Source: Paraspadella gotoi
Taxonomy: Eukaryota > Animalia > Chaetognatha
DNA length: 64,000 bases
Assembly (NCBI GenBank): GCA_051294375.1
Contig: CM119265.1
Span: forward strand, 5,067,505-5,131,504
Direction: 5' to 3'
This document shows, one piece after another, positions 25,411 through 38,683 of this stretch. The first letter of the stretch is position 1; each line of letters opens with the position of its first letter. A program made the translations under genes and the position numbers. Below the pieces are notes generated by a model that saw nothing but the letters and a program-made list of their open reading frames with translations, did no database searches and was not told the origin of the DNA.

Positions 25411-26399
25411 AATCTTAGGAAGCATCTGTAGAGAACAAAGCCCAAGGATGTCTTGTTCAGCGTCTCTCTCTCCTTCTCTTCTCTTCTCTCTTCCTCTCTC
25501 TCTCTCCTCTCTCTCTCTCTTCTCTCTCTTCCTTCCTCTCTCTTCTCTCTTATATTTACCTCGATTGTGGGAATCGCAGATCGCGCGGTGAAAGACCTCG
25601 CGGGAATCGAACGCTCGATCCTGGGAAGACGACGCGCCCAGACACGAGGCGGGGTAGTGAGAGACGAGGGATGCGAGAGTGGGAGGGGGGGGCGAGATGT
25701 ACAGAGTCGCTTCATCGAATTATGGGAGAAGAAAACAAACAGGGCTTGGTTTCAGTCTTTGACTTATAGGAACGGGAAAGAATACAGGAAAACGAGGGTA
25801 AAAAACTAAGGAGGCCTCTGTTTTGTACTTCGTTCTCCGCTGCCGTCGCCGCTGCTGTTCGCCCCAGTCGCCGCCGTGCTCGCACGGCCTGCTTACGCCG
25901 CCTTCAAACACGACTTTCGCCCATAACCCATAACTTGGGCGGCGACCTGGTTCGCCGCGATATTTACTGTAGCTTGTGCTCGCTCGCAGGACGTATAGAG
26001 AGGGAAAAAAGGAATGATCGAGGAATCGTGTGAGAAAGAGCTCGCTGGTTCCGCGCTCGACCGACCGGAATCCGCATGTGCACTTGCCGCCAAAAATTCG
26101 CGCATGCGAGCTTTTCGTAATGTCGTCACGAAAAATGTTGCGTTAATTGGTGATTCTATTTCAGAGAGGACGAGAAAAATATTGCTGCGGATAAAAAGAA
26201 GCGTTCGAGAATTAGACGTGGGAAAATGAGTGCCGCGTTTTGTAATAATTCGATAGTAAGTCTTTCTGGCGACCGCAGGCGAAACTTTTTAAAAGGAAAC
26301 AACTTAATACATTGAAAAAATGATAGTTCAAGTTTCGACATTGACCATTTGAATTCCAGCCTGCTGCATCAATTCATCATTCATTGACTAGTATTTCCC
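24308..26399. repeat. Inverted repeat B (24308-24838 / 25739-26399) enclosing unit X
   Basis: For example, ttatgggttatgggcgaaagtcgtgtttgaaggcggc (24652) versus gccgccttcaaacacgactttcgcccataacccataa (25897-25933). Confidence 0.9.
24838..25738 (+). repeat. Unit X (~0.9 kb), copy 1; direct repeat of 32371-33309
   Basis: Both copies begin tgtcgga(t)tggattgaaattgtctgggcttaag and end gaaaacaaac, and are colinear in between. Confidence 0.93.
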
Positions 26400-28419
26400 N
26401 NNNNNNNNNNNNNNNNNNNNNNNNGATCGGGAAATTCTAAAAAAATTATAAGACAAAAATAGTAGAGATGGCCGAGTTAAACGCAACGGACATCGGACAA
26501 TTAAACATTAGACATTTCGAGATCGCGGTGGGAGACACTAAGTAACGGATTCGCAAGGTGCAAGATAGAAAGGCGATGAATAGATAATAAGTACAGTAGC
26601 GGTTCTGTCGATCTCAGTGACCGTCGCTGTACGAGATTCAAGACTGTGTCGGCGCTGCGCTCGTTGCATTCGAGCACTGGGGAAGACGCTGCGGCCCAAG
26701 GTGATGCGGAGAGGTAAACCGGTAGGATCGAAGGTTTTCCGTTAATTTAACAGAAGGAATTACATAATAAAAACTGAATCCTAGTTATATATTAAAGTAT
26801 CTATTCATATAAGTTAGGGACTATCAATCATGTACTCAAATTAAATATGATACGTCTCTGAAATTTGAAAAGCATGGTAGTGTCAAAGCGAAAGTTTTAG
26901 AAAAAAATGAATAGAAATGACCAGTAAAAGGCTAACAGGAAAAAATATACAAAATATAACAAGCAGATGTGAAATTTACGCGAAACGGAGAAGTAGAAAG
27001 TTGATGAACACAATAATATAAATCGCCAGCAGATTTATAAAATAAACCACATTCTGCTCAGATACGAGATTAATATTAATCTTTTATACAATGAGTAGTA
27101 TATAGTTTGTCCTGTGATCTCGCTAATTTTTAGCTCTTTTAACTTTCTCCCATTGAGTACGATCTCGTATTATAAACAAACAGACCAGTCTGAGGTTAGT
27201 CTGAGTAAATGTTTTGCTATATATGATACCATATTGGCATAGTTTCTCACATTTTATTGATCAAATGGCCAAAGGAATATCAAATCCATCCTCGACGTAC
27301 CACTCGATTCAGACTCTCTATGTTTATAACGCTACAGCCTCGCGCACTCGTTGTCCATCATCGCAAGCGGCAAACTAAAATTAGTGTACCACTGAACAAT
27401 TGGATTCCACTCGTCCCCCTAACGTGTCACATTTCGTCCAACCTCTTGTCCATCCGACCTCCTACCAAAGCGTATCAGCCGTCCTCCTCCAAGCCTCCAT
27501 ATCCTTACTGATCTCTCCTTCCTCATCGCTCCGCCGCCTTACTTACGCCTCCACGTCTTCGCCGTCAGCCTCGTCACGCAGATCGGTACGACGCCGCCTC
27601 CCAAGACGATATTGAGCACCTACGCGCGCGCCCGTCCGGGCCTTTCTCCGTAGTCACTCGCATGTTGCGTCTTCGTCCTCAGTGTGTGCTCCTCGGCGCG
27701 ACCGGCGCGTGCGGCGGGGGAAATGGTACCGGTCGGATTCTCTTGGCTTCGCCGCACGATGGGTGCGGTGCGGAAGTGTGATCAATAGGACGATCCATAC
27801 GTTCTCGATGGCGCGCGCGCAGGACGCGACGAACGGGGCTCTAAGCGAGAGGAGGGCTACGAAGGAGAGAGGAGGTGACAAGTGGAACTAAGGTTATGGT
27901 TGAATTCGAACTCCGAAGGCGAAAGAGCTTAGAGCATTAATTTATTGACGAAAGAAAAGAGAGGGTAAGATCTGATAATGTGTAGGGCTTTTTTGTAAAA
28001 AAACATATTTTTTTAAAAAAATGAAAAATAGAAATTGAACAATCATAATAACAATCGGGTTTAAACTTTGGTTCAGGAATCATGCCCCCGCGATCCTCCT
28101 CTTCTGCTATCCTCCTCCCAATCGTAGACCTGGTGATAGTAACCGCTCCTCTTCCTCTTCTCCCCAATTCCCCTGAGATCCCCCTACCCCGTACCACGCG
28201 TCTTCCAGGCTGCACTTTCCGTACCAAAGATGATCGCCGCTCCGCTATCTTTTGCGGCGCCCAGAATCGTCCTCGTCTGGAGTCTACTTGTCTTCGTCGG
28301 CGTTCGCCACCAGGTTTTTTTCCGGGGGAAGTTTTAGTGTGTTATAAATTATTGAGGTAATGTTATTATTTCGTTTGTTAATGTTTGTTTATGTGCCAAC
28401 AAGCCGGGTTGCCCATTGG

Positions 28420-29268
28420 ATGCCCATTGGAGGGGCATCTCACTGTTGGCTTTGGGGCTTCGACCCTTTCAGTGACCTCCGCAGTCAACAATGGCGAGCG
28501 TGAACCCTAGGACGGGTCTCGCTTTGCCACGCAGAGGAAGTCGTTAGGACTGTGGATGGAACACTACGCCTGGTGATGGTGTGTTCCCCCTCTGAAAGCC
28601 AATGCGTTTTGCTGATGGATTGGACGTGAGGGCGGGTGTGGATATACCGCAACAGGATCCCCGGGCAAGACATCACTCCAGGTTACCTCAAGCGCTGAAG
28701 GTGGGTTGTCTGACAAGACTGTCCACCATAGTGGGAGAGAGAGAGGAGTTGTGGGGCATGAGGCGTTTGTTGCGCTTAGACGTACCCCAGGGGCATAGGG
28801 TTTGTCGTATAGCTGGTACCCGGAAGTCGAGGAGCAGGGCATAGGCGTAATTGTGAAGACGTGATGTAGCGTAGACCGCTGAGAGTTGCTGGATTGTTCG
28901 ATAGTGAGGGCTCACACTTATGGAACAGCCGGGTGCCTGTGAGGAATGCCCATTGGAGGAGGACGATGGGCAATGCTCACTGTTTGGGCTAGATTGGGGG
29001 CTTAGAGCCAGACCCCTCGCAAGAAACAAGTGACGCGCCTTCGATGGTCCGACTGGGCGCGGTTCTCAACTACTAGTGAACTCATAAAAAAACTTGCGAA
29101 ATGCATTACGCTTTGCCTAACTGCAGAGAGAGAAGCTGGTATACGGGCCTCTGGACTGGTAGACACTCACGCCTGGGATGGTGTGTTCCCTCTGAGCCAA
29201 TGGATTTGCTCGCTGACTATGCGGTTATGGTGGCCGTGAGGCGGTGTGAACGTTATACCGCCAACAGT
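28420..29268 (+). repeat. Degenerate direct repeat (28420-28656 / 28945-29268), GC-balanced, possibly coding
   Basis: Shared anchors atgcccattggagg, ctcactgtt, acgcctgg..atggtgtgttccc..ctga..gccaatg, cgtgagg.cgg.tgtg..tataccgc.aacag. Confidence 0.65.
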
Positions 29269-31174
29269 TCTCGATTATTTATTATTTTCTTTTTGATTCT
29301 GTCTCTTGTGGCCGACTGTTTCACCCGTGTTCGGATATATTTTGTTTATATATTGAATCGTGATAATATGTAAGGTTCCAGTTTTTTTATCGAATTCGTT
29401 CTTTTTTTTTCCTTGCCGCTCATAATTGTCCATCTTTATACTCATTTCTCTGACCCTGAGTTTTTAAGGACATTCAAAAGAACGTAGCCAAAGATGATCT
29501 CTTGAGGAGGAAGTTCAAAATCTGATTTCACCTGATTCTGATTCACACGATTTGTTTTACCATCGTCTGTCAGTTTAGTAGTGGAGTTTGTTTTGTTTTG
29601 GGTTTTGATTATTATATAATTTAATCTTTTTTCTCTTTCATTAATCGTCACCTCTTTTCTCCAAATCCACTCTCATATCTATTAAAATATGTTTCAGAAT
29701 TGACTTTCTCGCTGTCAAGTCAGACCAGCCTCCACGCCGGCTCTGCACGTGTCGTTGTCTTGCGGTTGCCTGTTTGTCTATTCTCTCCCGGCGCGGTGAC
29801 TTCTCGACTGGCCCCCACTTTCCTTCTGCCTCGTCTCCTCGGCCTTCTGAGATTTCGTTGCTCTAGGAAGTCGTCCGCGACAGACTCTAGCCGTGCCATG
29901 TTCGTGTCTCTGGAGCGCATTTCAGTAATCGATCCTGTGTGTACGCTCAGACTCACGTTGGTATATAGGACCGCGATTTTGCTCTTGTGTGTATATCGAA
30001 CGATAGACGCGACAGACGAACGATCATAACGTCGAATGCGAGCGATCATACGTATAAGAGAGATACCACACGCTAATCCAGATACCGATTAACGATACCT
30101 CCGAGCCGACGCAGAGCAATAATTTTCTCTGATCATACCTCCTCTCTCGAATCTTTGAAGACGAACTACAAGAAGAAGTCCCAAGCAAGAATTTAGAGAT
30201 AGGCGAAGGACTTGATTAACACACAAAAAAGTTTCACAAAGACAATTGAAAGGAATCGGTCTCAGCTCTTACGCCTCGCGGCCTCTCACCCGGAATCGGT
30301 TACTCAGCTTATATTACTCAATAGACTGGGCTATCATTTTGATTCAAGTGAATAGCTAAAAGGGACATAAGGCTTAAAAAACAGAATTGAATGAATATGA
30401 ATATGAACCACCAAACACCAAAGACTCTTGTACAAATATACTTATCGCGGCGATTTCTCATGACGCGTCGAAAGATTATGTAGTATGTCCCCACTGATTC
30501 ACTAATCGCTTTTGCCCCTTAGCCGTATAATCCAAAATAATAATACATCTCGTGAAAAAACACCGTTTATGGTGCAGACACACTTGTTGAACTCTCCAAG
30601 TCTGCTTCTCTCTCACTAAGGCTTGCAAGTTCAATGAGGTTCTTGACGGAGAACCCAGTTAAATGCGTGAAATTACACCCACAGACAGTTCGCCACTTTA
30701 CGCTTCCTTGGCGGTAATAATAGGAAGAGTTCGAAATAATGAACATCGTTTTGATTTTTAGAGCCCGATATCCGTTCAAAGTCGCAAGATATAGGAGAAC
30801 TCGGAATCAGATGATTACAATCTGGCTTCGGTAATCCATTATTGGGCAGAAAAGGTTTTTTTTTGCGATTATATAGTGCACCTGACTAGAGCTCAATGTA
30901 GAGTATATGAAATGATGAAAGATGTATTTAATGGTGTGTGTTCTGTGGCCTTTACAGTCTCAGTAGATTTGAAATTAGACAGTAAATAGCTAAGATTATA
31001 ATTCATTGCCCAGAAAAAAGTTGTTTACACTCATATAAGCTTTTATTTACCGTGTCTTCATCCTTTGCAATCATTGATTGAGGATGGTAACTTATTAGTG
31101 AATTACTATCGCGCTCATGCAGAATGTAAATATAACGTTTGTACATTCATTGTGTAATTTTTCTCTCTTTTCAG

Positions 31175-31464
31175 GATTGGGATTCCGATTAAGGGAGAGA
31201 TAGCAGGATATCGAAAGACGAAGTTTATATTTTACGAACGATTATTATTTACAAGAATATTGGACATGTTTCGACTTCTGATGATATTTTCGAAGATCGA
31301 GAGATATCAATCAGCATGGTTGAACAGTGGGTGTAGTTTATTTCACGGCTCATAACAGTTGATGCCGCATAGAGAGAGCAAAAAAGAGAGAGAGAGATTG
31401 AGAGAGAGAGTTCCAAAAAGGATTGTAGAAAAGGGAACAGTGGTCAGAATTCAGGACAGGTGAG
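31175..31464 (+). CDS. Candidate internal exon, product unknown
   Basis: Polypyrimidine acceptor ttttctctctttcag| at 31174 and donor-like cag|gtgagg or gag|gtaagg at 31459/31464. Coding-like text (approximately GEIAGYRKTKFIF...STSDDIFEDREISISMVEQWV) requires indel corrections. Confidence 0.3.
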
Positions 31465-31635
31465 GTAAGGACAGAGAAAGGGGAAATTAAGTTATTTGAA
31501 GATGTTGAGAAAGAAGAGTGAATGTAGAAGAGAGGAGTGAGTAGACAAAGATTATATGTTTAGTTTGATATTGAGTGATACTACACAAAGAACGTGAAAA
31601 TGAAAACAATTGAGCGGAAGTAAGAACTTAAATTG

Positions 31636-31792
31636 GGAGCGCCTCCCTGCGTTTTTTATTTTTTAAATAAATGCGAACGGCACGGGGTAGGCGGTTGAGT
31701 TGCGTTGAATTGATGGGGAAACCAAATGAGACGCTTTGGTGATATGGCGTGACGCAACCTTCTTTTCGATGGTCTCTGCCTCTCTCTCTTCT

Positions 31793-31843
<51 letters not shown>

Positions 31844-32907
31844 CTACTTCTGCTCGCTCTCTCTCTCTCTTCTCTCTCTCTCTCCTTTTTTCAGCAATTA
31901 ATTTATATCTAACGTGCCAAAAAAGCAGAATTTAACGCTCGAGTTCTTCCGTTCGAAAATTTCAATCTCGGTTGGAGTCGCAGCGCGTTCGTTAATTTCT
32001 GCGTAACGCCTTTTGTTTTTTTCCAACTCTTTTTTTTTCACTTCCCCTCGACCGACGAGCATCGCCGATCCGCCGCCAGGCGTCGCGCGCCCCCGAATTC
32101 GGGGAACTAAATGAGAACCCATAAAAATTCTATCGAGGCGCGGATTGGCGCCCGAGGTTGGGGCGGACGCGGCGCGAGGGGATGGACGCCGGCAATGTCG
32201 CCGGCCGTGACGCCGCTTGGGGATCTTTCCATCGAGTCCGACGAGCGAAACTTGACGATACCTCATTACGGAATAGGAAATACATTGTGAAACCAATTAA
32301 GAAAAAGATTTGGAATCTCATTTGCATTTTAAGACTGACTTCGCGAATCCGCTGTTCCGTGCATTTTTTGTGTCGGATGGATTGAAATTGTCTGGGCTTA
32401 AGAAAAGAGAATATCATATTGAAGGTTATTAACCAAATTTAATTACCTAATTTTTTTGTCTTTTTCACGGGCTTATGAAGTGAAGGCGTGAAAAAGCGCG
32501 AGAAACGCAATCTATCTGAAACTTCTCAGTTTTAAAAAAAATTTCATAAGGATTGTTTTCAAGATTTTAAAAAATTATATAATGACAAACTTTGAATTTG
32601 TAGTTTCAACGAGAGTTCCTGACTTGCAGGTTCATTATTATCTGCCTCGCTCTGTTCCTTTCATCAAACATCGTCATTCTTTTAGGGTTTAACCTTTTTT
32701 TAAGTTTTTTTTACCAAGAAAGTCACTTTAGAAATAGTTCCTTCTCACTTACAATCCCACTCCCAGCTCCCCATAACCCCAGCCCCCCCCCCTTCTTTCT
32801 CATTTTTTTTTAATCTTCGCCCTCGAATTGGTTTCGGTGTCTCAATCGACGCCCACGAGACTTTTAATAAACGGAAGCGGCGCTGGGAGTCTGGCGCTGA
32901 TCTGAAT

Positions 32908-32941
<34 letters not shown>

Positions 32942-33934
32942 AGGGGGAATCTTAGGAAGCACGTAGAGAACAAAGCCCAAGAGTCTCGTTCAGCGTCTCT
33001 CTCATCCTTCTCTCTACTCTCTCTCTCGTCCTCTACTCTCTCTCCTTCTCGTCTCTCTACTCTCTCAATCTTCCTCCTCTCTCTTTCTCTCTATATTACC
33101 TCCGATGTGGGCAGCATCCGGGGCTGTACGAAGGGTTTTTTGAAAGACCTCGCGGCGGGAATCGAACGCTCGCATCCTGGATCTCGACAAGTACCAGTCG
33201 AGCCCAGACGCAGGCGGGAGTAGTGACAGACGAGGGAATGCGGAGCAGTGGGAGGGGGGGGGCGAGATGTACAGAGCGCTTCCATCGAATTATGGAGAGG
33301 AAAACAAACAAAAAATGCACGGAACACGGATTCGAAGTCAGTCTATAAAATGCAAATGAGATTCCCAAATCGTTTCTTTAATTTGTTTCACAATGTATTT
33401 CCTATTCCGTAATGAGGTATCGTCAAGTTTCGCTCGTCGGACTCGATGGAAAGATCCCCAAGCGGCGTCACGGCCGGCGACATTGCCGGCGTCATCCCCT
33501 CGCGCCGCGTCGCCCCAACTCGATGGCGCCATCCGCGCCTCGATAGAATTTTTATGGGTTCTCATTTAGTTCCCGAATTCGGGGGCGCGCGACCCTGGCG
33601 GCGGATCGGCGATGCTCGTCGGTCGAGGGGAAGTGAAAAAAAAAAGTTGGAAAAACAAAAGGCGTTTACGACATGAAATTACGACGCGCGACTCCAACCG
33701 AGATTGAAATTTTCGAACGGAAGAACTCGAGCGTTAAACAAATCTGCTTTTTTGGCACGTTAGATATAATTAATTGGCTTGAAAAAAGGAGAGAGAGAGA
33801 GAGAGAGAGAGAGAGGCAGAGACAAAAAAAAAAGGTTTGCGTCAGCGCCAATCAAGCGTCTCATTTGTTTCCATCAAATTCACCAACTCACGCGGCGCCG
33901 TTCGCTTTTTTAAAATAAAAAGAGAGAGGCGCCC
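31636..33934. repeat. Inverted repeat C (31636-32370 / 33310-33934) enclosing unit X
   Basis: For example, tatatctaacgtgccaaaaaagcaga (~31904) versus tctgctttttggcacgttagatata (~33743). Confidence 0.92.
32371..33309 (+). repeat. Unit X, copy 2
   Basis: Colinear with 24838-25738; noisier toward the 3' end. Confidence 0.93.
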
Positions 33935-34550
33935 TACTTTCCTCATTGTTTGTCGTCTTTTAAATAAATTTAGTTTGTATTTTGGTTAGAAGGCTAAAGT
34001 ACCATGAGACCTTTACCGCTTGCATATTGTATCATACTTGTTGGCAGTCATATGATCTTTTTTAAAGCCGATCTCAATGACTCTAAAAATTAAATTCGGA
34101 TTAACTCATCAATACTGAGTATTTTAGTTAAAATTAATTTAGCCAAAAAGATATATATATATTTATTTATATAGTAAATTATATAAATACTTGCAAAATA
34201 ATAGTCAATGGTTACAAATGATATGGCATATTTGTATAACTATTTGGTTGTTGTCGGTTGAAAATTCTTGCTACGTAGTACCAGCCTAGGCGTACGGCCA
34301 ACTCATAGAATGTCAATTCCAAATAGAGTTAAATATATATTTATACGACCACACTATACGCTTCATAACAACAGAAATGTCGGACTAAATGTCTAAGACA
34401 CACAATACACTACTTTTGGTTCCAATTCTACTGTACCCACCAATAAGAAATTTTAGTCCAGTTCACTGCGCTGGTCCAGCTGGCAACACTATATGAGTTA
34501 CCGTTCTTGAGTCTTTTTTTTCTTCCTTTTTATTTTTATTTTTCCTTTAC

Positions 34551-34728
34551 CCTTATGATTGTTTCTCGTCCTTTCCGCGCAAACACCCCTGGGAATGACT
34601 CGGGTTCTTGAAGTCCCACTTCGGAGTATTGGGCCCCGAGAAGTGAGAGTCTTTGGACGAGGAGGGCGGCTGGTAAGGAGGCTCCCCGCGGAACCTCGGG
34701 CTTCGAAGAAAACCCAATTCGAGTTTGC
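34551..34728 (-). CDS. Candidate internal exon (178 bp), product unknown
   Basis: GC-richer island in AT-rich sequence, bounded on the minus strand by cccag| and |gtaaag; open in more than one frame. Confidence 0.25.
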
Positions 34729-35969
34729 CTGGGTATGATATGATAAGAAAATAACACATAATTTGTTACTACTCTTTCCAAAAACACGAAATACTCATAC
34801 GAGTACAAAGAAAATAAAAAAAAAAAAGAAATTAAACCCTACATCTCAGTCGGTGCGACTACAAAAAAACCAGCCATCGACATTCCTCGAAATGAATAAG
34901 GGAATGCGGCTCCTGAATGTATTTTCTTCCCGGGAGACTTGAGCTCTTCATACCTCTTGCTTCACCACAAGTCAAGAGGGCAGTGGCAGAAATAAAGTCA
35001 ACATTCATCTTTTGATATTTTTATCCACAACAAACGCTCGAGTCCGTCTCCTCTCGACTATCTCGACTCCACCGCCCCTCTCCTTCTAAGAGCTCTACTC
35101 CCTCTCTCAACTGTTATTCTCTTGAGGAGAGAAGACGTTCGCAATGTATATGACTTCCGAGCGGATAACTCTTTCCTTTCGTATAGTGTCTGAAGATTTT
35201 TTGTTTGTCTCGTCTCTCGAACGGTCTTGTTAGATTAGATTACTTTAAATTTGTTATCGGTTCTAACGCGCCTTCTATTCGGGGTATTAACTATATTCTT
35301 AAGACAGAAAAAGACGCCCGTGGAGAAAGGAGTCAAATGAAACACCTCAGTCCTCACCGCGTAAAGCGCCCGGGGACTTTTTCCTTGAAAGGGTTTTATG
35401 CATAAATTTCCCACTCTTCTTCAATGCGGATACGCTCGAGTCATATTCTCACAGCACGGAGAGAGAAAGGTGTACAGGGCCGCTCGTGTAAAACAGCGTG
35501 AGCGTTCATGCACGTAGCGTCAGCCAGCTCTTATCGTAACAACATAGCCGATCCGCGCTAGGCATACTTGTTGACTCGTTGATTATACAGGACGTGCTCT
35601 CAATCTCGTCTGTTAAGATTGTGGCGAAGCGAGGGTTCTGTGTACTGAATCTGATAAACAAAAAAAATATTACAAGAAGAGAATCACAATATTAAAAAAC
35701 TCGAGTAAAATCATTTCAGCTGCGACTAAGTGGCTCTCCCAGCAAGTAAATTCTGGGTTTGTTGGAAACGTTGAGAGAGAGAGAGAGAGAGAGAGAGCAG
35801 AGGAGGCAGAGTAGAGATAGCGAGGAGAGATGTAGATGAGGGAGGCAGAAGAGAGAGAGAGAGATGATAGGATAATCAAGTAGTGTTTGATTAAGAATTT
35901 CAAGACTNNNNNNNNNNNNNNNNNNNNNNNNNGCGCGTTGGCGTTGGCGTTGGCGGCCGTAATGCGGAC

Positions 35970-36107
35970 GAAAAGCCAATGAGAAAAAGCTAGAGGGCGA
36001 TGATCGGAGCGAAGAAACAGCGGGTTTCCCACCTTTTCATTCTCTTTGGTTCACGGCGTTGAGAGAGAGAAGAAGCAGAGATGAGAGAGAGAGAGAGAAG
36101 AGGAGAT

Positions 36108-36139
<32 letters not shown>

Positions 36140-36350
36140 CGGAGCATATGGTTGACTCCTCCACTACTCGACGCTGATTGGTCCAGCCGCGGACCAGCTG
36201 CGGACTTCCTCGGCGGCCGGAGTTAAGTCTCGCTCCCTGATTCGCTCGTCTGCGCCGAAGGAAAGAGGATTCTCTTTCCTTTCTCTCTCTGTTTTCGCTC
36301 CTCTTTTCGATCCTCATTCGCGGGCCTAACTCTCGGATATTTCGGTGAGG
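35970..36350 (+). promoter_or_regulatory. Candidate promoter plus non-coding first exon (TCT/pyrimidine-rich start ~36271, donor after 36344)
   Basis: CCAAT at 35976-35980, ATTGG at 36177-36181, tctctttcctttc at 36271, ttcg|gtgagg donor at 36344/36345. Followed by an abrupt switch to AT-rich, CpG-poor intron-like sequence. Confidence 0.4.
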
Positions 36351-38595
36351 AAATTTTTTGATTTCTCGTGAGAAAATAACTTTTTCTCAAGTGTGCCAAT
36401 TTTCAAAATAAGGGGGAAAAAACTACTTTGAACGCTTTGCCAATTTTTTTTCATATAGCATAGCATAGCATTGAATTAAAAAAAAGTAAAATAATTTTTT
36501 TTTCATGAGCATCGGGCCTTCCATGAAATTATTATGTCCCAAATTAAAAGTTTAAAAATGTAATTTAAATGAAAATAAAAATATTCAAGGTATTTTTTTT
36601 CCTATAATCATTAAATAATAATTATGCTTAGCCTTAACCAGGTTACTTCTTCTTTGGCCAGGTCTGACTCTGTGCAAGTTCACTGTCTTTTGTCTGGGAA
36701 TGACTGAAAGTGTTTAGAGAGGTTCGCATTCGAAAAGGCCCCACGGACAAAAGTAAAACAAAAGTTTCTTCAAATAATGACATCCAGACTGTTTTTATTC
36801 AGTGTTATCCAATTGGTAACTGTCTGTTAAGAAAAGTTTACTGCCTCTATACCAGATCAAAAAAACTTTAATTCATTTATAATGAATATGCGCATAAGTA
36901 TTGGGACTATTTATGCGATAGCTAAATTTAAAAATTGAATAAAGAAAACTTCCTGTAGTTATTATCATAAAAGCAAATTGTTGAAAACCAAAATTTTTAG
37001 TGAATTTTTTAAAAAATTTTAAATAATATATTTTTTATATTATTCAAATATTTTTATAATAGACAGTCGACAGTAAGAAACTACCTCATATTTATCTCCA
37101 GAGCTTTATAATGCATGTAATCCCTTATTTTTTAAAATTTAACAAGTGTTGCTCTATTAATTTTTAATTGATTAATGATTAATTATTGAATAAATAGCAA
37201 CCATTTTGGTTTCTGGCTTAATGATTCAATCGCTCACAACTTTCAAATAATAAAATTTTAAATATCAAATTAATTAGCATGTTTTATATATTTATTTATA
37301 GTTTATTTTTTTATTAATCATATTTATCCAAATGAAATTTAATAATTTATATTCATTTAAAATATTTTACAATTTGTAATTAAAAATTTTAAAGTTAAAA
37401 AAAGCAAAGGAAAATTAATATATAAATTGATTCAAATAGGAGTATCATTATAATGGTAAGAACTTAATCTTTGACAGATCTCAGATAATAACACTTAATA
37501 ACACAGTTCTGCACAATTTATGTAAAAGTTAACCGACAGTACCCATTGGGACACTGTATGTATGGTTAACACGAAGGTTAAGTTCTTACTATTAAAATTA
37601 TTAATATACGTAATTGGACTTTCATTCCATTATTATCGGACTCAGTCTTTTTTGAATTTACATTTGTTAATTGGAGAAATAAGCTAAAAATAGCAAACAA
37701 GTATGAAAGAGATACATTATTATTGCCGTTATTGCATGAATTTTTTCAAAAATTTGTTTATATAACTTTTTTAATTATTTTTTCAAGGCATGATAAAATT
37801 GCCAAAAAATATATTACAATAAATATAAAATAGGTACAACCAATATAAAAAATTATCCATACATTTGATAAATCTTATAATACTTTGTTATTTGATTAAT
37901 AAAAGGATATTATTGTAAAAGAGTTGAAAAGCAAAAAACTAAGAGGAAACTTAGGTAGAGAGAGAGGAAAAAGAGCCTGAGCGGTATTCGAGGAGTCATC
38001 GCACCCACCGCCGTCGGTGGCGCCAGCGTCGATTATCGGACGCTTTTTATCTTTCCCGGAAAATCGCGAGAGAAACTGGAATTCAGGGGGCGAATCGGGG
38101 GGGGAAGATTCCCGCGGAGCTTTTGTCGCTGCTTTTTGTTGTTCTCGTTAGGGAGAGGAGGATGAAGATTAGTGAGAGATAATTTGATTAGCTTGTTTCG
38201 ATGATTATTTAATGCCATTAAAAAAAAATAACACGTTAAACGTATTGCAGGATGGAATTGCTAAAGACGGAGGCAAGGTGCGAGCAAAAAGGAAAAAAGG
38301 AAAGTGGCTCGGTGCCGTGCTGTAAATTACTCTAGCAAGCAATATAAACAATTTTAAATAAGATTGAAAAATAACATGAAAGAAAAAAAAATTATAATTC
38401 AAAACAAACTCAACCTCTCACAACGAAAGAGATGACAAAAGGCATCCTGTCGACAGACGGGATTATGTACGAGGAATGAACGACCAAACATCCCGGGTGA
38501 AGCGATTCGCCAACAAAAGAACAAGAAGAAATATATGGGACGGCGAGAGGGCGGCGTCCGTTTAAATATCTTTTGCGTTTATATAGAAGCCAACG

Positions 38596-38683
<88 letters not shown>

